Position numbers and translations under genes: made by a program. A stretch of 64,000 nt of DNA from Candidatus Shapirobacteria bacterium (GTDB lineage Bacteria; Patescibacteriota; Microgenomatia; PFEM01; JBDRBL01). The notes under the pieces were generated by a model, which worked only from the letters and a program-made list of their open reading frames with translations, made no database searches and was not told the DNA's origin. Of this stretch, positions 18,722 to 25,605 are shown in pieces; the stretch's first letter is position 1; the number at the start of each line of letters is the position of its first letter. The stretch is from positions 4,659 through 68,658 of the forward strand of contig JBDRBL010000003.1 of NCBI GenBank assembly GCA_043822685.1, in the 5' to 3' direction.

Positions 18722-19358
18722 AATCAGTTTAAAGCGCTCTCTTGCTCTTTTTTCCTGTATTTTTCTTTTTTGGTCTTTTTATCGTTATTTTCCGGAGTTT
18801 TTACCGACTTGGTTCGAAGAATTGGTATTTAAACCGGCTTTTTGGCTTTTGCCTACCTTCTGGCTGGTTTTGAACTTGGAAAAACAACCTCTCTCTTCTT
18901 TGGGTTTTACCTCCAAGAATAAGTCTAAAGTTTTTTACTGGAGCTTTGGCTTCGGAATTATTTTTTTTGTCGAGGGGTTTTTAACCAATATTCTTAAATA
19001 CCGCGGCTTGCAGATTAGTTTCCCTTCTTTGTCTTCGGCAGTTAATGTTTTTTTTCTCTCTCTGATGACCGCTTTTACCGAGGAAACTCTTTTTCGCGGC
19101 TACTTTTTTACTCGTTTTTCTCGTCTCTGGCATCATGAATTATGGGCCAACCTGGCTTCCTCCTTTCTCTTTGCTCTGATTCATCTCCCGATGGGGGTTT
19201 TTGTTTTGAGTTATGTGCCGGCGATGCTGTTAATTTATTTTTTCCTGGTTTTTATTTTTGCCTTTGCCTCAGCCTTTATTTTTGCCCGTACTCAAAACTT
19301 GTTCTCCAGCATCCTGCTTCATCTTTTCTGGTCCTGGCCGATTATGTTGTTTAAATAA
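18666..19358 (+). CDS. CPBP family intramembrane metalloprotease (CAAX protease/Abi-like)
   Basis: TAFTEETLFRGYFF and FALIHL motifs; polytopic; annotated start overlaps the divergent PBP start by about 56 nt, so one start is probably downstream. Confidence 0.7.
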   Translation: MNLTLNIIAFWFIIASVTKISLKRSLALFSCIFLFWSFYRYFPEFLPTWFEELVFKPAFWLLPTFWLVLNLEKQPLSSLGFTSKNKSKVFYWSFGFGIIFFVEGFLTNILKYRGLQISFPSLSSAVNVFFLSLMTAFTEETLFRGYFFTRFSRLWHHELWANLASSFLFALIHLPMGVFVLSYVPAMLLIYFFLVFIFAFASAFIFARTQNLFSSILLHLFWSWPIMLFK

Positions 19359-19462
19359 AAATTTATGAAAAAGTTAACCATTACTCAAAAAAGCCGGCTT
19401 TCCGAGATTCTTGGCAACATTGCTGTAGCTTGGTTTTCCGCTTAATTGCTTTTGGAATTTCG

Positions 19463-19491
19463 TTGACGATGAGCGTCTTCTCTGGTATGAT
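19463..19491 (+). promoter_or_regulatory. sigma70-like promoter for the small-peptide operon
   Basis: TTGACG (19463-19468), 17-nt spacer, TATGAT (19486-19491); strong GGGGAGG SD before the ATG at 19522. Confidence 0.5.
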
Positions 19492-19521
19492 GTCCTTAAA
19501 ATTATTGGGGAGGTTAACAAA

Positions 19522-19620
19522 ATGATTGAGTGGAATGTGGTTAATACTTATCTTTTTGCCGGTATTGTCAGTAGCTTGTTGCTTATTTTTAGCTGGTTTG
19601 CTTTTTTAAAGAAAAAATAA
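19522..19620 (+). CDS. small hydrophobic peptide (32 aa, single TM)
   Basis: MIEWNVVNTYLFAGIVSSLLLIFSWFAFLKKK; not in the ORF track (<60 aa); supported by promoter and SD. Confidence 0.4.
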   Translation: MIEWNVVNTYLFAGIVSSLLLIFSWFAFLKKK

Positions 19621-19621
19621 T

Positions 19622-19705
19622 ATGTTCGGTGAAGCCAATCCGACTTTGTTGATTATTGCCTTGATCCTTGTCGTTATTGTTGGTTATCTGGTGATTAAAA
19701 AATAA
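19622..19705 (+). CDS. small hydrophobic peptide (27 aa, single TM)
   Basis: MFGEANPTLLIIALILVVIVGYLVIKK; starts 1 nt after the previous stop. Confidence 0.35.
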   Translation: MFGEANPTLLIIALILVVIVGYLVIKK

Positions 19706-19707
19706 TT

Positions 19708-20157
19708 TTGAAGGTGTTCTCCAAAATTAAAAAATTGTTCTTCATTTTTTTGGTGCTGGCTTTTGGGGGGATAGTTTTAGTTCTGTCTTTAGAACGGGCG
19801 GCCGAGCAGATTATTTTCCTAGACTTTAATTACTCAATTAATGTTGTTAGGGACCGTTTTTCGATCTTTTTTACTTTTGACAAAAAGGCCCGTGCCGAGC
19901 TTTTTTTGGCCTTATCGGTCGAAAGACAAAAAAGCGCTTTAGAGCTGGCTGACAAAAGAGACTTGAAGGGTGTTTTAAATTTGGCTCAAAAAGCTCGTGG
20001 TTATTTGAGCTTGGCGGTTCTTTCTGGCCAGTTTGATCGCGATCTTCTCTCTCAAAAAGCCGAGCAATATAACTTCTTTATTAACAAACTGCAAGAAAAG
20101 ACAGGTGAGAAGGGGTATTTTAATGAGTTGAGAATTAAGGATCCCTTGGCCTTTTGA
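19708..20157 (+). CDS. hypothetical membrane-anchored protein (TTG start)
   Basis: N-terminal TM then a helical soluble domain; third gene of the small-peptide operon. Confidence 0.4.
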   Translation: MKVFSKIKKLFFIFLVLAFGGIVLVLSLERAAEQIIFLDFNYSINVVRDRFSIFFTFDKKARAELFLALSVERQKSALELADKRDLKGVLNLAQKARGYLSLAVLSGQFDRDLLSQKAEQYNFFINKLQEKTGEKGYFNELRIKDPLAF

Positions 20158-20189
20158 AAAACTGATCAGTTTTGATCTTTTTGTTGCCA

Positions 20190-20220
20190 ATTGACACCCT
20201 CCCGCCGTTTCTTGTTATGA
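20190..20220 (+). promoter_or_regulatory. sigma70-like promoter upstream of nrdD
   Basis: TTGACA (20190-20195) and TATGAT (20215-20220); GAGGGG SD before the ATG at 20251. Confidence 0.45.
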
Positions 20221-20250
20221 TGTTCTCACTTCTTTTGAGGGGCAAGGCAG

Positions 20251-22155
20251 ATGAAAAAAAATAAGACGGATGCGACCGATTTTGCTTTGGCGATAAATCA
20301 TAAGCCCGTAAATGGCAACGGTTTTGCTTTTAAGTATGCCGGTAAACGGGGCAATATCGAGATTGATGAAGACGAAGTTGATACCATTGTTGTTGGGGAA
20401 GGAAGCAAGGACGACGCTAATAAAATTAATTCACCCGAGGCGACTAGTTTCACTCTGGCCGAGTACGTCAAAAAAGAATACGCTCTTAAACGTGTTTTTT
20501 CTCCAGATGTTGCGGAGGCTCATAAAAATGGCGATATCCATTTACAAAAATTAGGTTTTATTGATCGACCGTATTGTTCTGGTCAATCAGTGGAGTATGT
20601 TAAAAAATTTGGTTTGGAACGGCACTCGTCTTTTGCGGCGGTCAAACCAGCTGCGCACGCCGACGCTTTAATTGATCATTTACATCGTATGACCATGGCT
20701 TTGCGGGCGCAATTTGGTGGGGCCATTGGTTGGGATGCCGTCAATATGTATGTGGCCCCGTATTTGGTCGGCATGTCAGACGGAGAGATTTACCAAGTTG
20801 CTCAAAAACTGATCTACAGTTTTAATGAAACGACTGGTCCGCATGGGGCACAACCGGTTTTTTCGGATATCAATTTGTATTGGGAAATTCCTGCTCACTT
20901 TGCTGCTGTACCTGCCATTGGTCCGCGCGGCGAATTTACCGGGAAAGTTTATCAGGATTACGAAAAAGAAGCCCAAGCTCTAGTCTGGCAAATCTTTAAT
21001 GTTTATCATCACGGTGACGCTAATGGCGCGCCTTTTTTCTGGCCCAAACCCAACTTACATATTACTAAAAAATTTTGGCAAACACCGCAGCACGAGGCCT
21101 TTCTCGAACATGTTTGTAATGTAGCTGCAACCATGGGTAATCCCTATTTTATTATCGATCGCTCCGATGTGGCCAAAATTTCCGAGTGTTGTCGGATTTC
21201 TTTTGAACTTTCACCGGAAGATTTACAAGATGCTCTAAAACCATGGAAGATGCGCTATGCCGCTTGTCCGTATCTTTCGCCTAATTTACCGCGGTTGGCT
21301 TATCGAGCTAAGCACGATGATCAGAAATTTTTTCGCTATTTAGACGCAACTCTGGCCTTGCTTTTTAAAGCTCATTTGCAAAAACGAAGTTTTTTGAAAC
21401 GTATTTTTGATTTGGGAGAATTGGGCCCCTTATCGATGTTAGCTTATCGGGCGCCCGGCGATGACGAACCCTATTTGCGTTTTGATAAGATGGCCTATTT
21501 GATTGCCTTGGTGGGAGTTGATGACGCGGTGCGTTTTCATTTGGGCAAGGCGATTAACGAATCGGCTGAGGCGTTAAAATTAGCGCTCAAAATTGTCGCT
21601 CATATTCGGTTGCGGTGCCATGAATTTGGTCAAAAACATCATTTAAAAATGGTGGCTGACCAGGCACCATCAGAGTCAACGTGTTATCGTTTGGCTCGTT
21701 TAGATTTAGAATACTATCCAGATCAGGCAAAAAAGATTGTTCATGGCAATTTCAAGACGGGTGAAGTTTACTACACTAACTCTACTCAAGTGGCGGTTGA
21801 TGTGCCGATGGATCCTCTGGAAAGAATTGAATTGGAAGGTCGTTTCCACCCTCTGATGGAAGGGGGTTGCATGACGCATATTTGGATTGGCGAAAAAATG
21901 CCCTCGCCCGCTTCATTGGCTAATGTAGTGAAAAAAACTTTTTACGAAACGCAAAATGTTCAGATTGCTTTCTCGCCCGAGTTTACCGTGTGTTTTAATT
22001 GTGGCCAGACCTCGCGCGGTTTGCATAAGATGTGTTCTTATTGTCATAGTCGACGGGTAGACGGGATTACGCGCATTACTGGTTATTACTCTTTTATTAG
22101 TGCGTGGAATAAAGGCAAAAAGGGTGAATTGAGAGATCGTTATAAAGTCTTTTGA
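20251..22155 (+). CDS. nrdD: anaerobic ribonucleoside-triphosphate reductase (class III RNR) catalytic subunit
   Basis: AHKNGDIHLQKL motif; C-terminal CxxC...CxxC zinc ribbon (CFNCGQ...CSYCHS) and glycyl-radical RITGYYS. Confidence 0.8.
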   Translation: MKKNKTDATDFALAINHKPVNGNGFAFKYAGKRGNIEIDEDEVDTIVVGEGSKDDANKINSPEATSFTLAEYVKKEYALKRVFSPDVAEAHKNGDIHLQKLGFIDRPYCSGQSVEYVKKFGLERHSSFAAVKPAAHADALIDHLHRMTMALRAQFGGAIGWDAVNMYVAPYLVGMSDGEIYQVAQKLIYSFNETTGPHGAQPVFSDINLYWEIPAHFAAVPAIGPRGEFTGKVYQDYEKEAQALVWQIFNVYHHGDANGAPFFWPKPNLHITKKFWQTPQHEAFLEHVCNVAATMGNPYFIIDRSDVAKISECCRISFELSPEDLQDALKPWKMRYAACPYLSPNLPRLAYRAKHDDQKFFRYLDATLALLFKAHLQKRSFLKRIFDLGELGPLSMLAYRAPGDDEPYLRFDKMAYLIALVGVDDAVRFHLGKAINESAEALKLALKIVAHIRLRCHEFGQKHHLKMVADQAPSESTCYRLARLDLEYYPDQAKKIVHGNFKTGEVYYTNSTQVAVDVPMDPLERIELEGRFHPLMEGGCMTHIWIGEKMPSPASLANVVKKTFYETQNVQIAFSPEFTVCFNCGQTSRGLHKMCSYCHSRRVDGITRITGYYSFISAWNKGKKGELRDRYKVF

Positions 22156-22159
22156 AAAT

Positions 22160-24256
22160 ATGACCATTGACGAAGTTAGAAAAAGACGAGATGAGGTTTT
22201 TGAGCGGGCGTATAATGTCCGCCGGTCGGATGAAATCATAAAAAATTGGGACCGGCAGGCGATCATTAAGTCACTGAAGAAAGAATTGGGCGATAAAGAC
22301 GGCTTAACGGAAGAAATTGCCGAAGCGGTTGAGAAAAAGATCTTTAAGATGGATTTGTCGGTGATTACCGGACCATTAGTTCGCGAGACGGTCTGTATTG
22401 AATTATTGTTGCGGGGAATGGAGGAAGAGTATCGGAGATATCAGCGATTAGGGTTACCGATTTATGATGTCCGCAATATTATGATGACGCACAACGAGGC
22501 GGTTTCTTCTAATAATCCTCACACTCCGGAGACAACTAATATGACGATTGCCGGGTCGATCAAAAAAGATTACGCCATGGCGGAAATCTTTTCGCGTGAA
22601 GTCACCGAAGCTCATCTGAAAGGGGATCTTCATCTACACAAGTTGGATTTTCCTGACCGGCCATATTGTTGCGGCAATAGCTTGGAGTACGTTAAAAAAT
22701 ACGGCCTTAATTTGAGCTCGTCTTTGGCGATTGCTCGCCCAGCCAAACACGCCGGTGTTTTGATTTTGCATATGATTAAGTTTTCCTGTATGCTGCAAAT
22801 TCATTTTTCCGGAGCAATTGGCTGGGAAGCGGTTAATATTTTTTTGGCACCGTATTTAGTCGGTTTATCAGAAAAAGAGATTTATGATTTGGCGCAGTTG
22901 TTAGTCTATGAATTTAATACTCAAAACGTGGCCAAGGGCGGGCAGGCGGTTTTTTCCGATATTAATCTCTACTGGGAAGTGCCGGAACACTATCGCCAAA
23001 CGCCGGCGATTGGTCCTGGCGGCAAATATACCGGCAAGACTTATGCTGACTACGAAAAAGAAGCGCAGTTGTTTTTAACCCAATTAATGCAGGTTTATCT
23101 CAAAGGCGATGGCTCCGGCCGGCCTTTTTTTTGGCCTAAGCCCGATTTTCATATGACCGAGCGTTTTTGGCAAACACCGGGGCATAAAGAATTTTTAAAT
23201 TTGGCTTGTCAAGTGGCGAGTAAAATGGGCAATACCGAGTTTTTCTTTGACCGGGGCCAAGCCTCGCGGATTTCCCAATGCTGTCGCTTGTCGTTTAAAC
23301 TCGACAAAAAAGACTTGGAAGAAACCAAAAAACCAGAATTAATGCGCCATTCGGCTACCTCTTGGGTGACGCTTAATCTACCGCGAATCGCTTATGAAGC
23401 TAATCACAATGATGACAAATTATTTTTGTTGTTGAAAAAACGGATGAATTTGGCGGCCAAGGCTCATGTCCAAAAACGACGTTTTATACAAAAAATCCTG
23501 AACTTGAGGACTAATGGTCCCTTATCAGCGTTGTGTACCCGCCAAGTTGATGATCCCTATCCTTTTTACCGTTTTGACCGATCGGTCGAGTTGACCACGA
23601 TTTACGGCGTTAATGAGATGGTTCAATATCATTTGGGTCAACAATTGCATGAATCAGACGACGCGTTAAAGCTAGGGCTTAAAATTGTTTCGATGATGAA
23701 TTTGTACACCAAAGAGCAAAGCCAAAAGTTAAAGTTGCGAATTTGTACCGAGCAAACCCCGGCTGAAGGCACTTCATATCGCCTGGCGCGTTTGGATTTG
23801 CAATGGTTTTCGGACGAAGCAAAACAAGTGGTTAAGGGCAATCAAAAGACCGAAGCGGTTTACTATACCAATTCTTCGCAGTTAAATAATTCGGCGGCAG
23901 TTGATCCGATTGAAAGAATCAAAAAAGAGGGCTTGTTTCACCCTTTAATCGATGCCGGCGCGATGACTCACCTTTGGCTGGGAGAGCAGGAGCCACCGGC
24001 GAACTCTTTAGCTAATTTTATCAAAAAAATTTTTCAGGAAACCAAGTGTGAGTTGGTCGCTTTTTCACCGGAGTTTACTTTATGTTCTGATTGCCGCCAG
24101 ACTACCCGGGGATTAAAAGATGTTTGTTCTTATTGTAATTCAAGAAATATTGACCATATGACCCGTGTTTCCGGTTTCTACTCGCTTACCAGCCGGTGGA
24201 ATAAGGGCAAGATGCAAGAGTTAAAAGACAGATACCGGAACGATAATAAATTTTAA
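22160..24256 (+). CDS. nrdD: class III RNR catalytic subunit, second paralog, with an N-terminal ATP-cone-like extension
   Basis: about 55% identity to the upstream paralog over the core; CSDCRQ...CSYCNS and RVSGFYS; N-terminal roughly 100 aa resembles an ATP-cone. Confidence 0.8.
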   Translation: MTIDEVRKRRDEVFERAYNVRRSDEIIKNWDRQAIIKSLKKELGDKDGLTEEIAEAVEKKIFKMDLSVITGPLVRETVCIELLLRGMEEEYRRYQRLGLPIYDVRNIMMTHNEAVSSNNPHTPETTNMTIAGSIKKDYAMAEIFSREVTEAHLKGDLHLHKLDFPDRPYCCGNSLEYVKKYGLNLSSSLAIARPAKHAGVLILHMIKFSCMLQIHFSGAIGWEAVNIFLAPYLVGLSEKEIYDLAQLLVYEFNTQNVAKGGQAVFSDINLYWEVPEHYRQTPAIGPGGKYTGKTYADYEKEAQLFLTQLMQVYLKGDGSGRPFFWPKPDFHMTERFWQTPGHKEFLNLACQVASKMGNTEFFFDRGQASRISQCCRLSFKLDKKDLEETKKPELMRHSATSWVTLNLPRIAYEANHNDDKLFLLLKKRMNLAAKAHVQKRRFIQKILNLRTNGPLSALCTRQVDDPYPFYRFDRSVELTTIYGVNEMVQYHLGQQLHESDDALKLGLKIVSMMNLYTKEQSQKLKLRICTEQTPAEGTSYRLARLDLQWFSDEAKQVVKGNQKTEAVYYTNSSQLNNSAAVDPIERIKKEGLFHPLIDAGAMTHLWLGEQEPPANSLANFIKKIFQETKCELVAFSPEFTLCSDCRQTTRGLKDVCSYCNSRNIDHMTRVSGFYSLTSRWNKGKMQELKDRYRNDNKF

Positions 24257-24517
24257 ATGACACTCAAACTTTTTACTCAACCAAATTGTTCGAAGTGCCC
24301 AACTGCGCATGCGCTCGTGCACCAGTTAACAGTTAACAGTGAACAGTTAATAGTCGAAGAGTACAACGTCACTACTGCTGACGGCTTGGCGGAGGCAAGT
24401 TTTTACTCGGTGATGGCGACTCCCAGTTTGGTTTTACTGGATGATTCCGGTAAAGAAATCCACACCTGGCGCGCCGAAACACCGAGTTTGACAGAGATCA
24501 ATGCTTTACTACGATAA
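24257..24517 (+). CDS. small thioredoxin/glutaredoxin-fold protein with CxxC (NrdH-like candidate reductant); contains a heptamer-repeat insert
   Basis: TQPNCSKCP redox motif near the N-terminus; sits between nrdD and nrdG. Confidence 0.5.
   Translation: MTLKLFTQPNCSKCPTAHALVHQLTVNSEQLIVEEYNVTTADGLAEASFYSVMATPSLVLLDDSGKEIHTWRAETPSLTEINALLR
24323..24357. repeat. heptanucleotide tandem repeat (CAGTTAA)x5 embedded in-frame in the thioredoxin-like CDS
   Basis: cagttaa cagttaa cagtgaa cagttaa tagtcga read directly; encodes QLTVNSEQLIVE. Confidence 0.55.
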
Positions 24518-24532
24518 TACGTATCATTATAG
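24509..24532. repeat. degenerate copy of the dispersed palindromic element, immediately upstream of nrdG
   Basis: CTACGATAATACGTATCATTATAG compared with the consensus CTATGATGATACGnATCATCGTAG. Confidence 0.45.
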
Positions 24533-24538
24533 CAAGAG

Positions 24539-25231
24539 ATGAGAATTGCTGGGTATTTAAGAACTTCGCTCATTGAGTGGCCGGGGAAGATCAGCAGTGT
24601 CATTTTTACGCCCGGGTGTAATTTTGCCTGTCCCTTTTGTCATAACGCGGATCTAGTGAGGAACAAGGGAACGCAGGAAATTAGTGAACAGTCGGTTTTG
24701 GAAGATTTGAAGAAGCGGAAAAAATGGATCGATGGCGTGGTGATTACCGGTGGAGAGCCGACGCTTCAGCCGGATCTGCCTGAATTTATCGCCAAAGTAA
24801 AAAAATTGGGTTTTGAAATAATGCTGGAGACAAATGGCAGTTTACCCCAAAACCTTCAAAAAACGCTTCCACTTCTTGATTATTTATCGCTGGATTTTAA
24901 GACAAGATTTGAGGACTACTCCAAAGTGGTCAGAAATAAAAATTTTGATGTTAGAGATTGGCAAAAAAGTCTGCGCTTAATAATTGCGGCCCAAATCCCT
25001 TTTGAAATCCGTACGACAGTTGTACCAACAATTCACAATCAGCAAGTTTTAGTCGCCATGGCCCAAGAATTATCTAAACAACTAGCTTGTTCTACTTGGT
25101 TCTGGCAATCTTTTGTTCCCCAAAACTGTTTGGACAAATCTTTTCTCAAAATCAAACCCCATCCCGTGACCGAGTTAGAAACTCTTGCCCGCCAAGCGAA
25201 AAATTTTTACTCCGAAATTAAAATTAAATAA
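24539..25231 (+). CDS. nrdG: anaerobic RNR activating protein (radical SAM)
   Basis: CNFACPFCHN radical-SAM cysteine motif; position downstream of nrdD. Confidence 0.8.
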   Translation: MRIAGYLRTSLIEWPGKISSVIFTPGCNFACPFCHNADLVRNKGTQEISEQSVLEDLKKRKKWIDGVVITGGEPTLQPDLPEFIAKVKKLGFEIMLETNGSLPQNLQKTLPLLDYLSLDFKTRFEDYSKVVRNKNFDVRDWQKSLRLIIAAQIPFEIRTTVVPTIHNQQVLVAMAQELSKQLACSTWFWQSFVPQNCLDKSFLKIKPHPVTELETLARQAKNFYSEIKIK

Positions 25232-25257
25232 TTTTCGGTTTGTGCTATCATTGAGTT

Positions 25258-25605
25258 ATGGTGAGTGATGAGCGCAAGGATATTCCCAGTGTTGAACCAG
25301 AAACAGTTAAATATACCGAAGTTGAGACGACTCCGGAAATTGGTCCGGAGGTTAAGGATTGGTTGACCCAGCTGGAGCAAGGCGAGGAAATTAAACTGCC
25401 CCAGCCGGTGACCGATGATCAAGGTCAGATTTTGGTGAGCAATGTGGCTCCACAGCAAGTAACGATCACTTTACCTTTAACCGAAGCGGAGATGAGGCGC
25501 GCTCTGCATTTAAAACTAGTTTATGCCGCTCGTTGGTTGGGGGAGCAGATGAACCGGCTGTCGCAAATTATGGGAGGAAGGCTTGTTTATAAATTCAAAA
25601 GTTGA
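25258..25605 (+). CDS. hypothetical protein, acidic
   Basis: ORF track; stop/start overlap with the downstream ATPase gene. Confidence 0.35.
   Translation: MVSDERKDIPSVEPETVKYTEVETTPEIGPEVKDWLTQLEQGEEIKLPQPVTDDQGQILVSNVAPQQVTITLPLTEAEMRRALHLKLVYAARWLGEQMNRLSQIMGGRLVYKFKS

Noticed and set aside
20158-20250. NrdR box upstream of nrdD
   Set aside because: No tandem 16-bp NrdR-type palindromes are visible in the promoter region. The nearest palindromic element (24509-24532, before nrdG) belongs to the separate dispersed palindrome family.
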